Below are positions 45,187 through 54,644 of a stretch of 64,000 bases of DNA, one piece after another (position 1 is the stretch's first letter; every line of letters starts with the position of its first letter). Under the pieces are notes generated by a model that made no database searches, was not told where the DNA came from, and worked only from the letters and a program-made list of their open reading frames with translations. Origin of the DNA: a bacterium (GTDB lineage: Bacteria; Patescibacteriota; Doudnabacteria; UBA920); the NCBI GenBank assembly GCA_016699995.1, contig CP064996.1, positions 330,357-394,356 on the forward strand, in the 5' to 3' direction. The translations under genes were made by a program, and so were the position numbers.

Positions 45187-46776
45187 ATGAAAAAAATAAA
45201 CAAAAATATTACCGCAAAAACTCATCCTGCCCACTACATGATGCACAAGTACTGGGGGAGGAAACCACATAATGTGGTGAGTGATTATATATTAAATTTT
45301 ACAAAACCTGGCGATATCGTATTAGACCCTTTTATGGGTAGCGGAGTTGTTGTAATTGAATCACTCAAACATAAGCGTAAAGCAATTGGGATAGACCTCA
45401 ACCCAATGGCTTGTTTTATTGCGCAAAATACTATAAGCAAAGTTGACTTAGAAGACTTCGAAAGGACTTTTTATAATATATTCAAGAAGAATTATGAGAA
45501 ATTTATCGAATTATATAATACCAAATGTCCAAAGTGTGGTTCAATTGTACCTTTTGAAAATTCAATTTGGGACCATGAATCTTTTTCAAAAGTCAGTGCT
45601 ACTTGCAGTTCCTGTGGAAAGTTTATTAAGTCGACTGATTCAAGCGATCAAAAAACTTTAAAAGACTCTATAAAACTTTTTAGTAAACTCGATAAAACAA
45701 ACAAAATATTTTACCCAAAGGATGAAATATTAAAATTTGTCAAAAGAAATGGCAAGAGCAAATTAAGTGAATTTTTTACTGAACGGGCTCTTGTGGTTTT
45801 GGGTTCAATTATTAAGGATATTGAGCAGGTTAAAAATGAAAGTACAAAAAATTTAATTTTATTGTGTTTTACATCCATGCTACCCAATGTTTCCAAGATG
45901 ATCCCAGGTGATGTGCATTCAGTCAATGGTAAATCCGGATGGGTTATTAGTAAACTATGGGCTCCTAAAGTACATACTGAAAAAAATGTTTTCAATAGTT
46001 TTAAGCACCGGTTTCTAAAGATAAAAAAAGGTAAAGAAGAAATTGCAGGAATTTTTGATCCCAAGAATGCGCAAATTTTAAATGTAGATGCAACTAACTT
46101 AAAGGTAGTCAAATCTTCTTCTGTAGATTACATATTTACTGACCCCCCGTACGGTGACAGTATTGCATACTTTGGACTTAGTATGTTTTGGAATGGGTGG
46201 CTTAAAAATAAAGTAAATTATGAAGGTGAAATTATTTACGATCCATATCGTAATAAAAAATACGAAGATTATTCGTCTAGAATGGCAAAAGTGTATTCCG
46301 AATTGCATAGAGTTTTAAAAGATGGTAAATATCTTTCTTTTACTTTCCATAACAGAAATTTAAACATATGGAAAGCTGTGATGGATGCTGTAACCAGTGG
46401 CGGTTTTCATCTTGTGAATGTTGTTTATCAGGAACAAGCAGTTACCTCTGGAACTCAAGGCATAAATCGAAACAATACACTGAGAGGAGATTTTGTCTAT
46501 AATTTTCAGAAAAACTCTAAAATAAAACCCGTAGAAAAGAAAATAGATCACAGAGACAATGAGACTGAAATTATTAAAAAAGTAAAGTTTTGGATATCGA
46601 ATAATGAAGGTTTCATGTCATCAGATTCTCTGTACGAGAAACTGATTCCTTTCATCGTGGAAAAGAATTTATATTCAGATAATCAAGGGCGGGTTACTAA
46701 TATCGAAGGTTTGTTAAAGCAGAACTTTAAATATAAGCAAAATCGATCTAAAGAATATGGCTGGCAAGAAAGATAA
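45187..46776 (+). CDS. DNA methyltransferase, N6-adenine/N4-cytosine class (PF01555-like), with inserted zinc ribbon
   Basis: HPA...KP...GDIVLDPFMGSGVV AdoMet motif at the N-terminus. Catalytic FTDPPYG motif at about residue 320. CPKCG...CSSCG insert. Confidence 0.7.
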   Translation: MKKINKNITAKTHPAHYMMHKYWGRKPHNVVSDYILNFTKPGDIVLDPFMGSGVVVIESLKHKRKAIGIDLNPMACFIAQNTISKVDLEDFERTFYNIFKKNYEKFIELYNTKCPKCGSIVPFENSIWDHESFSKVSATCSSCGKFIKSTDSSDQKTLKDSIKLFSKLDKTNKIFYPKDEILKFVKRNGKSKLSEFFTERALVVLGSIIKDIEQVKNESTKNLILLCFTSMLPNVSKMIPGDVHSVNGKSGWVISKLWAPKVHTEKNVFNSFKHRFLKIKKGKEEIAGIFDPKNAQILNVDATNLKVVKSSSVDYIFTDPPYGDSIAYFGLSMFWNGWLKNKVNYEGEIIYDPYRNKKYEDYSSRMAKVYSELHRVLKDGKYLSFTFHNRNLNIWKAVMDAVTSGGFHLVNVVYQEQAVTSGTQGINRNNTLRGDFVYNFQKNSKIKPVEKKIDHRDNETEIIKKVKFWISNNEGFMSSDSLYEKLIPFIVEKNLYSDNQGRVTNIEGLLKQNFKYKQNRSKEYGWQER

Positions 46777-47878
46777 TTTAAAAATAATTGACTTATTTGC
46801 TGGAGTAGGAGGAATTTCTACTGGCTTTAAAAGGGCTGGTTTTGATGTTGTATCTGCTAATGAATACAATTCTGAGATTGCTGATACTTATATAAAAAAT
46901 CATCCAGGTACAAAAGTGATAGTCGAAGATATAACCAAGGTTAAAACCTCTGACTTACTCAATGGAGAAAAAAAGATTGATGTCATTGTTGGTGGACCAC
47001 CATGCCAAGGGTTTAGTATGGCAGGACGTAGAATTCGCAATAGCGGAGCCTTTTTAAATGATCCCAGAAATGAACTATTCAAAGAATTTATTAGAGTTGT
47101 AAAAGATATTCAACCTAAGATATTTGTAATGGAGAATGTCGCTGCCATGCTTAATATACACAATGGTGCTATACGGGATGAAATAATAAACAGATTTGAA
47201 GAGCTGGGCTATAAGACTAAGGTACATGTACTTTTAGCAGCAGAATATGGGGTACCCCAACTTAGAAAAAGGGCAGTATTTATTGGTAATAAAATAGGGA
47301 TAGATCCTGACGAACTTTTTCCAGAAAAAACACATGGAAACGATAGAAAAAATCCATATGTGACTATAGCTGAATCAATTTTAGATTTGCCAAAAGTTAA
47401 TGCAGGCTCTGGTAGTTTTGAATCATCTTATCTGCCCTCTAAAAAACTTACCCCTTATCAAAAAGCAAGAAGGGGCAAAAGTAGAAAGCTATACAACCAT
47501 CAAGCTACTCAGCATGACCTTCGTATTATTGATATACTAAAAAATATCAAAGAAGGCGAAGGAAGATCTAGTATTCCCTCAAAACTTCAAACTAAATCCG
47601 TGCACAGCGGTGCTTTTGGCAGGCTAGATAGAAATAAACCAGCTTATACAATTACTACTAGATTTGATACGCCATCTGTTGGTCGTGTTACTCATCCAAC
47701 CCAACATAGGGCTCTGACACCTAGAGAGGCTGCTAGAATACAATCGTTTGACGATAGCTTTATCTTTTATGGGAGTAAAAGTTCAATTGGCACACAAATT
47801 GGGAATGCTGTGCCACCATTATTAGCTGAGGCGATAGCCAGCAGAATCTCTAAAGTTTTAAATAAATATGATAAATAA
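46757..47878 (+). CDS. DNA (cytosine-5)-methyltransferase
   Basis: Motif I DLFAGVGG, motif IV GGPPCQGFS, motif VI ENV, motif X GNAVPP. Overlaps both neighbouring genes. Confidence 0.85.
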   Translation: MAGKKDNLKIIDLFAGVGGISTGFKRAGFDVVSANEYNSEIADTYIKNHPGTKVIVEDITKVKTSDLLNGEKKIDVIVGGPPCQGFSMAGRRIRNSGAFLNDPRNELFKEFIRVVKDIQPKIFVMENVAAMLNIHNGAIRDEIINRFEELGYKTKVHVLLAAEYGVPQLRKRAVFIGNKIGIDPDELFPEKTHGNDRKNPYVTIAESILDLPKVNAGSGSFESSYLPSKKLTPYQKARRGKSRKLYNHQATQHDLRIIDILKNIKEGEGRSSIPSKLQTKSVHSGAFGRLDRNKPAYTITTRFDTPSVGRVTHPTQHRALTPREAARIQSFDDSFIFYGSKSSIGTQIGNAVPPLLAEAIASRISKVLNKYDK

Positions 47879-49223
47879 TTATCAAAGATTTCTTGATGAA
47901 AAAAATGGTAGTAATTTCTGGCGAAAAGCCAAACAGAAAGAATATACTACCGACACTGTTAACAAAATTCATCAAGAATTAACAGTTAACTTCAAAAAAC
48001 TCACTACTCGCAATAGTATTACATTGCGTTATTTAGGTTTCGTAATAAATCTGGGTGGTGATAAATTAAAACTATCAAATGCCGGAGAGACTTTTATTAA
48101 TTCTCCATACAAACAGAAAATACTCGATGAACAATTAATGAAAGTGTATCTGGATGCACCTTTTATTAATAATAAAGTTTCCATCAAGATCGCCCCAATG
48201 GAGGTATTATTACAATTACTTTATATTGTTGGTAATATTACTTTTGAGGAATACGCACTTTTTGTATGCTGGATAAATAAAAAGATCGAGATTCCCACTG
48301 TTGTTAAGCTATTGCGTGGTTATAGGCACGCCAAAGACAAAACGCCTTACCAAGATATATTTGCACAAAAAGCATACGAATTAGGGATTACGGACTTCCA
48401 TGATAACGTCAAACGCTTTTTTGATATGCTCTCAACCTCTTCATATATAGAAAAAGATAAGAAAAATAATATAGCCTCAAATCTTTCAAAGAAAGATATT
48501 AAAGTTATTCTAAGTAGTTTTTCTCATAGGGACTTTAGTGGTAAAGGATATTATGAATACCTTACCACAAATGATGGGTGGCAATTTTATTCATCGAATC
48601 CGAATTATCAAAGGATTTTTGATACATTACAAAAGAAATCAACACAAGAACAGAGTGACATTTTTGAGCAAATAGTTGGTGTTGACCAATTACCAAAACT
48701 TGAAGAAGTGAATCCTCAGCTTGTCGATATAACGATTAGTCCGTCGTTAAGAACTAAGTCTACGGAAAGAATTAAGAGTGCAGTTGGAAATAAAATTGAC
48801 TATACAGAAAGAGACGCAAACAATAAAATTGTGGGTGATTTTGCTGAGCAAGTCGTAATTAAATACGAAAAAGAAAATTTACTAATTCTGGGTAAGAAGA
48901 AATTCGCAGGTCAAGTAACCCAAGTGTCACTGGAATCAGATAGCTACGGCTATGATGTACTATCATACAATAAATCAGGTAAAGAAAAACACATAGAGGT
49001 TAAAGCGGTTAAGGGTAAACCAAATTCTTCTTTCCGTTTCTTCATATCAGAAAATGAAATCGCCGTAGCTAAATCAGACAAGAATTATCATTTGTATGTA
49101 GTGTTCGATTATATGTCCCAATCCCCATGTATCTACAAAATGATAAATCCATTTTTAAATAAAATTCCAGGGGTAACTATTACACCTGTTAAGTACCAAG
49201 TGTTAGTAGAAGTGAAGAAGTAG
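47868..49223 (+). CDS. putative restriction endonuclease with C-terminal DUF3883 (PD-(D/E)xK-like) domain
   Basis: C-terminus GDFAEQVVIKYEK...GYDVLSY...HIEVKAV...FFISENEIAVAK...YHLYVV matches the DUF3883 pattern. Translationally coupled to the C5-MTase gene. Confidence 0.5.
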   Translation: MINNYQRFLDEKNGSNFWRKAKQKEYTTDTVNKIHQELTVNFKKLTTRNSITLRYLGFVINLGGDKLKLSNAGETFINSPYKQKILDEQLMKVYLDAPFINNKVSIKIAPMEVLLQLLYIVGNITFEEYALFVCWINKKIEIPTVVKLLRGYRHAKDKTPYQDIFAQKAYELGITDFHDNVKRFFDMLSTSSYIEKDKKNNIASNLSKKDIKVILSSFSHRDFSGKGYYEYLTTNDGWQFYSSNPNYQRIFDTLQKKSTQEQSDIFEQIVGVDQLPKLEEVNPQLVDITISPSLRTKSTERIKSAVGNKIDYTERDANNKIVGDFAEQVVIKYEKENLLILGKKKFAGQVTQVSLESDSYGYDVLSYNKSGKEKHIEVKAVKGKPNSSFRFFISENEIAVAKSDKNYHLYVVFDYMSQSPCIYKMINPFLNKIPGVTITPVKYQVLVEVKK

Positions 49224-49350
49224 TCAGCTTGAAATTCCCTAGGGACTAAGCTTGTTTTATCATCCCTTTTTTCTATCCGAGTCATTCGTTTCACTTGGTT
49301 GATTAGTACTTTTCCTGGATCTTTTGCTATAATACAACTACAAATTAACA

Positions 49351-49518
49351 AATATCAAGAGTGCGGATAGGGAACCAGCCCTGTGACCCGCCGGCAACCT
49401 AGCCTTAATCAATTTAGGCCAAGGTGCTACGTCTGGCCCTGCTATCAGGGAAAGATATCCGTTTTAAAAAGTATCCTTCTCTCGGTCTTTCCCTGATAGA
49501 CAAGAAAGGATATTTTTT
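49351..49518 (+). promoter_or_regulatory. SAM-I (S-box) riboswitch with terminator expression platform upstream of metK
   Basis: UAUCAAGAGUGCGGAUAGGGAACCAGCCCUGUGACCCGCCGGCAACC...AAGGUGCUACGUCUGG...CAGGGAAAGAUA matches SAM-I consensus blocks. The terminator hairpin tatcctt...aaggata plus U-run abuts the metK ATG and includes its SD. Confidence 0.8.
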
Positions 49519-50610
49519 ATGTCTCAGCAATTGAGAACAGCCGAATTTGTTTCTCCTAAGCATCCCGATAAAATCTGCGACTATATTGCAGACCGAATCC
49601 TAGATGAGCACCTTAAACTAGACCCCCATGCGCGCGTGGCAGTAGAAGTAATGGGTGGTCATGGCCTCATTACTCATAATGGCGAAATAACTAGTAACGC
49701 CCAAATAGATTATGAACAAGTCGTTAAAGACATTGTTGGTAGCGAATACAAAGTTATATTTAACATCGCCCAGCAAAGTCCAGAGATTGCCCGCGGGGTG
49801 GATATTGGAGGCGCGGGGGATCAGGGGATCATGGTGGGTTATGCCTGCAGTAATACCCCAGACAATATGCCGCTAGAGTACAGTTTAGCTCGCCAGCTGT
49901 GCCAAGATATTTATAAGCAATATCCTTATGACGGGAAAGTTCAGGTGACTGTAGATTATGGCGGCGCAGGGGCGGCGAATTCCGCAGCGGATAATTCTGA
50001 CAGCAGTAATTTTAAAATAACCTGCGTCGTAGCAAGCTTTCAAAATTCAAAATCAAGCGAACTGGAAGAGCTGGTGCGCAGCTTAATTGCTGCCGACAGG
50101 TATTTGATCAATCCAGCGGGGCAGTGGAGCCAAGGCGGGTTTGATGCCGACTCCGGCTTATCCGGCCGCAAGCTGGTGGTGGATGCCTATGGTCCTCATG
50201 TTCCAATCGGCGGCGGGTCATTTAGCGGTAAAGATTACACTAAAGTCGACCGCAGCGGTGCTTACTATGCGCGCAAGGTGGCAGTTGATTTATTAAGCAA
50301 GCAAATTGCCGCACAGGCAAATTCAAACCCGCAAAGTCTTCCTCAAGAAGTTCTTGTAAAAATCGCCTATGCCATCGGCGTTGCCAAGCCTGTGATGGCA
50401 ACTGCCTATTTTACCTACCCTGACGGCATTAATCTCGCTGACGGCTCAAAAAACGGCCTGTGGCAAGACATTTCCCATCTGTACGACTTCTCGCCCAAGG
50501 CCATTTGCGAAATCTTAGATTTAGCCAGGCCTCAATACGCCGAGCTGAGCCAGTGGGGTCATTTCGGGCGGGGGAATGTGTGGGACAGACCGTTTACCGA
50601 AACTTTATAA
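49519..50610 (+). CDS. metK: S-adenosylmethionine synthetase
   Basis: KHPDKICDYIADRILD N-terminal motif. GGGSFSGKDYTKVDRSGAYYARKVA C-terminal motif. Confidence 0.85.
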   Translation: MSQQLRTAEFVSPKHPDKICDYIADRILDEHLKLDPHARVAVEVMGGHGLITHNGEITSNAQIDYEQVVKDIVGSEYKVIFNIAQQSPEIARGVDIGGAGDQGIMVGYACSNTPDNMPLEYSLARQLCQDIYKQYPYDGKVQVTVDYGGAGAANSAADNSDSSNFKITCVVASFQNSKSSELEELVRSLIAADRYLINPAGQWSQGGFDADSGLSGRKLVVDAYGPHVPIGGGSFSGKDYTKVDRSGAYYARKVAVDLLSKQIAAQANSNPQSLPQEVLVKIAYAIGVAKPVMATAYFTYPDGINLADGSKNGLWQDISHLYDFSPKAICEILDLARPQYAELSQWGHFGRGNVWDRPFTETL

Positions 50611-50734
50611 AATCTTGATCGGGGCTTGAAGTGGTTTTCGCTATACTTGTGTTGGTCGACTAATCAACCATTGTCTTTTTGACGCTGTGGCACAATGTGC
50701 TACACTAATGATAACTAAATTTATTCTTTAGGCT

Positions 50735-50950
50735 ATGAGACAGACTATGAATATTTCGGTTTCGCCGAAGTTAAAAAAAGCCATCGAGGCTGCAGTGCAA
50801 AAGGGTGGATACACTAGCAAAAGCGAGTTTTTGCGTGACATTTTTCGTGCATGGGAAGAGCAGCAGATATTAAAAGATGTTAGGCAGAGCGAAAGAGAGT
50901 TTGCAGCGGGTAAAGGGAAGATATTAAAATCACTCAGAGACTTGCGGTAA
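50735..50950 (+). CDS. parD: ParD/CopG-type ribbon-helix-helix antitoxin
   Basis: MNISVSPKLKKAIEAAVQKGGYTSKSEFLRDIFRAWEE matches the RHH antitoxin pattern. Confidence 0.6.
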   Translation: MRQTMNISVSPKLKKAIEAAVQKGGYTSKSEFLRDIFRAWEEQQILKDVRQSEREFAAGKGKILKSLRDLR

Positions 50951-51108
50951 CACCGCTTCATCCAAGTTTGGATACACATAAACTCAGTGGAGAGCTTGAT
51001 GGCTTTTGGTCGTTTTCTATCAATTATCGTTATAGAATAATTTTTGAATTTATACCAGACGGATCAGTGCGCTTTCATGCTGTGGGCGGACATGAAGTTT
51101 ATAAATGA
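50914..51108 (+). pseudogene. RelE/ParE-family toxin remnant (C-terminal half only)
   Basis: +2 frame encodes ...LSGELDGFWSFSINYRYRIIFEFIPDGSVRFHAVGGHEVYK*, which matches the C-terminal beta-sheet of RelE/ParE. At most ~64 codons are open, with no ATG. Overlaps the parD 3' end. Confidence 0.5.
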
Positions 51109-51136
51109 ACCGCTGATTTTGTGCTAAAATTCAACC

Positions 51137-52183
51137 ATGAAACCCTTTGCCAAACTCTCTAAATTGAAGGCGGGCGACACTGTAGGTATCGTTTCGCCGT
51201 CATTTGCCGCGCCCGGCATGTGGCCGCATATGTACGAGCTCGGACTCAAGCGAGTGCGAGAAGTTTTTGGTTTAAATCCCATTGACTATCCGGCAACTGC
51301 TAAACTGGGCGCATCTAGCCAAGAGCGCACCGCCGACTTAGTGGCAGCTTTTACCGATCCACAGGTTAAGGCAGTTATTGCCTCTTTAGGCGGGGACGAC
51401 CAAGTGACTTATGTTAAAAACATTTCTCCAGAGCCCTTCGTGCAAAACCCTAAGCCTTACTTTGGTTATAGCGACAACACGCATTTTATGAACTTCCTTT
51501 GGCTCAACGGCATTCCTTCGTATTACGGCGGCTCCATTTTTACGCAGTACGCCATGCAGAACAAGATGGATGAGTTTACAGTTAAATATTTAAAGCTTGC
51601 TTTGTTTGAAGAATCTCAAGAAGTGGAACTCACTTTTAGCCCCGTCTTTAACGACGTGGGCTTGCAGTGGAATGATCCGGAAACCATTAATATGACCCGC
51701 GAGTACGAACCTAACGAAGGCTGGTATTGGGACGGTGCAGCAGGCGAGGCGAAAGGAATCACCTGGGGCGGGTGCTTGGAATCGATCGACGAAATCTTGC
51801 GCCACGGCGTAGCGACTCCAGCTTTAGAAGATTTCGATAATATTATTTTATTCCTAGAAACTTCCGAAGAAATGCCTGATGCGAGGTACGTCCGCCGAGT
51901 TTTACGCGCACTAGGTGAGCGGGGAGTGTTGGCTCGCGTGCAAGGCGTGCTCGTAGGCCGGCCCAAGGCATGGCATTTTGGCAGAGAGAAAACTCCGGAA
52001 GAAAAACAAGTCCACCGAGCAGAACAGCGAGAGACTTTTGTTAAAGTCATTAGGGATTATAACAAGACGGTGCCGATTGTTCAGAATATGGACTTCGGTC
52101 ACACCGATCCGCAGATCTGCTTGCCTTACGGCGGGGAAGCGCGTATTGACTGCACTAATAAAAAGGTGTTCGTAAAGTTTTAG
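51137..52183 (+). CDS. LD-carboxypeptidase (peptidase S66, LdcA/MccF-like)
   Basis: GDTVGIVSPS...GYSDNT... plus a C-terminal His/Glu region. 348 aa. Confidence 0.75.
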   Translation: MKPFAKLSKLKAGDTVGIVSPSFAAPGMWPHMYELGLKRVREVFGLNPIDYPATAKLGASSQERTADLVAAFTDPQVKAVIASLGGDDQVTYVKNISPEPFVQNPKPYFGYSDNTHFMNFLWLNGIPSYYGGSIFTQYAMQNKMDEFTVKYLKLALFEESQEVELTFSPVFNDVGLQWNDPETINMTREYEPNEGWYWDGAAGEAKGITWGGCLESIDEILRHGVATPALEDFDNIILFLETSEEMPDARYVRRVLRALGERGVLARVQGVLVGRPKAWHFGREKTPEEKQVHRAEQRETFVKVIRDYNKTVPIVQNMDFGHTDPQICLPYGGEARIDCTNKKVFVKF

Positions 52184-52186
52184 CTT

Positions 52187-52888
52187 ATGCCGGCAAAAGT
52201 GTACGGTACAGACAGCAGATATTTAGGAAAGCAAAGAGGTTTGTTTAATGTTCAGAATTACTTGTACTTAAGTACTGGCCTAACTTTTTGGCTCATAGTT
52301 GCTTTCATCTTTTTGTATGGGATGACCACCGAAAGGTCTCTGTTGTTGAAAATACTCTTGCCTTTGTTTATGGGTGCCGGAAGCCTGTGTTTGTGGTTGG
52401 CTTTCAAAAAATTAGGCAAGGTTATAAATTATGAAAAAGGGCAGAGCGGAGAACGAGAAGTATTGAAAGTTTTGCAAAGCCTTCCAAGCAATTATGCTGT
52501 ATTCTGCGATCTGCTCATCGGCGGCAAAAGAGGCAATATTGATTATGTTGTTTCTGGTCCCAAAGGATTCTTCGCTGTTGAGGTAAAGAATTGGCAACAT
52601 GCCAATGGCCGTTATTTAGATGAAGCTATCGAACAGACCATGAGGGGAACGCTGCAAGTTCACAAATATTTGTCCGGAATTAATAAAAGTCCGATATTCA
52701 TTCAAGGGATACTGGTCATTGCCGGCGGGAACAATTCAGTACAAACCAGAATGATCGGCCATACTTTACTGATCCATAAGGACAAGTTGGTGGATTACCT
52801 TATCAGCCAGAAGGACGTTGCTTATCAGAGCCAGGTCATTCATCTAGAAAATCATTTAGCCCACTTTACAAGCCACAACGTGGTTTAG
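52187..52888 (+). CDS. membrane-anchored NERD (nuclease-related domain) protein
   Basis: Two N-terminal TM helices. GEREV...GNIDYVVSGPKGFFAVEVKNW NERD core. Confidence 0.6.
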   Translation: MPAKVYGTDSRYLGKQRGLFNVQNYLYLSTGLTFWLIVAFIFLYGMTTERSLLLKILLPLFMGAGSLCLWLAFKKLGKVINYEKGQSGEREVLKVLQSLPSNYAVFCDLLIGGKRGNIDYVVSGPKGFFAVEVKNWQHANGRYLDEAIEQTMRGTLQVHKYLSGINKSPIFIQGILVIAGGNNSVQTRMIGHTLLIHKDKLVDYLISQKDVAYQSQVIHLENHLAHFTSHNVV

Positions 52889-52995
52889 GTAGAGAAATAG
52901 CGCTTAAACAAGCGCTATTTTAGCATTATAAACATTGACAAAAGTACTTTAATATGGTACTATTTTGAGTCAGTAAAACATATACAGGAGGCACT

Positions 52996-53721
52996 ATGGA
53001 TCGTAAGTTTCAGATTCAACAGGACAAGATCGCATTGCGATCGTTCGTTGATAATTTCCATTGGTCTTCTGGTCTTAGCGACGAAGAAGCCAAGCTCAAT
53101 CTGCACGACGGATTGCGGGAAATTGTTTATGGCAATGGTTATCATGCAGGCAATGCTTTGCTGGTTACCAAAAACGGTTACATCATCACGTGCTATCATT
53201 GCATCTTTGATTATCAGACTAGGCCTGTGTTTATCCGTTCTCTGGATGGCAAAGGCTATCGCATAGAAAAGATCTGCGGTTACAGCACGAGCAATGACAT
53301 TGCTTTAGCAAAAATTGCTTTGGAAGGGCCGGCAGAACCGATTCGTTACCGGTTTGCTGTAAAGCACGACATCGAACAGCGATTCGTGGTGGATCTGTTA
53401 GTGAGAATAGAAAACCGGCTCAAGAAAAAAACCGGTGTCATTCATTTTCCCATGTTAAGCACTTATAAAAATCGGGGACAGGCTATTCGCAATGAAGATC
53501 TTCGCAATCAGGTAGCCATTCATATGAACGGCCAGCCTGGAGATTCTGGCGGAATTATCACCACGGAACGCTCGGAGATTTACGGCGTGCTTGCATCCAG
53601 GTCTTACCGGTTTAGGGTTAATCCTTTAACTGGCGTAAAGTATGACGAGCAGGTCGTGGCCACATGTACGTTTTGGTTCGAAGCCTTGGGTATAATCCAG
53701 AAGGTAATCGGATATCGGTAG
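52996..53721 (+). CDS. trypsin-like serine protease (S1 fold), no signal peptide
   Basis: Catalytic triad contexts TCYHC, NDIALAKI and GQPGDSGG. Confidence 0.6.
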   Translation: MDRKFQIQQDKIALRSFVDNFHWSSGLSDEEAKLNLHDGLREIVYGNGYHAGNALLVTKNGYIITCYHCIFDYQTRPVFIRSLDGKGYRIEKICGYSTSNDIALAKIALEGPAEPIRYRFAVKHDIEQRFVVDLLVRIENRLKKKTGVIHFPMLSTYKNRGQAIRNEDLRNQVAIHMNGQPGDSGGIITTERSEIYGVLASRSYRFRVNPLTGVKYDEQVVATCTFWFEALGIIQKVIGYR

Positions 53722-53736
53722 AAATAGGAGAAAAAG

Positions 53737-54582
53737 ATGAAAGGTATCATTAACGATCTGTACAGCTCCGTCGTAGACGGAGTGACCCAGCTTGGCGATG
53801 AATTTAAACTGATGTCAGCGCACATGGAGGCGGATTTTAAAGAATTCACTCAGGAGCTGGGTATTGGCTACTTTTCAAAGCTGAGCCGCGAGCAACTGCA
53901 GCTGGACAAAGCTGCATTGGCGGAATTCGCCAATAACTTTTACTGGGGAAATTTTCTTTCTGACCAAGAAGCGAAGACTAACCTAGAACGCGGTATTGTG
54001 GAAATTGTCGGCGAGGGCGGCGGCCATTCTTCCAATGGTCTGCTTATTACCCGCAACGGCTATGTTATTACGAGTCACCATTGCGTGGATGACCTGCACA
54101 AAGGCCGGTTATTTGTCCGGCGAGATAATGGCCAGTTTTATCGGATCACGAAGGTTGTTTTTGCCGGCAAAGGCAGCGATATCGCTTTGGTGAAAGCCGA
54201 CAAGGGCGGTCCTGCGGAAGCGATTCGCTATCGTTTTGCTCCCAAGTTCGACATTGCCCAGGAGTTTCCGGTGGCCCATTACTCTTACTGGAACCAACGG
54301 CTAAAGAAAATTTTTGGCATCGTTCGTAACCCTAAATTGCGTAAGGTCCGTGCTTTGGGCAAAGAATTCCCTTACGGCAATCAAGTGGAGGTTTCCATGA
54401 AGACTATCTGTGGTGATTCCGGGGGAATAGTCGCCACAAAGAACTCCGAGATTTATGGAGTAGTTTCTACAGGCAATGCCAAGGATGTCGACATTACCTA
54501 TTGTACGTTTTGGTTCGAGGCCATCGCTATTATCAACGGCCTCATCAATTACAAGAAGAAAGCCGAGGCCAAGCATAGCTAA
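53737..54582 (+). CDS. trypsin-like serine protease, tandem paralog
   Basis: TSHHC, SDIALVKA and CGDSGG. Collinear similarity to the upstream gene, including the N-terminal region LSD(E/Q)EAK.NL..G..EIV. Confidence 0.6.
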   Translation: MKGIINDLYSSVVDGVTQLGDEFKLMSAHMEADFKEFTQELGIGYFSKLSREQLQLDKAALAEFANNFYWGNFLSDQEAKTNLERGIVEIVGEGGGHSSNGLLITRNGYVITSHHCVDDLHKGRLFVRRDNGQFYRITKVVFAGKGSDIALVKADKGGPAEAIRYRFAPKFDIAQEFPVAHYSYWNQRLKKIFGIVRNPKLRKVRALGKEFPYGNQVEVSMKTICGDSGGIVATKNSEIYGVVSTGNAKDVDITYCTFWFEAIAIINGLINYKKKAEAKHS

Positions 54583-54644
54583 GGATGAAAAATATAGAGC
54601 TCGATTTACGAGCTCTTTTTATTTTTCCCAATATAAAAACCGTT

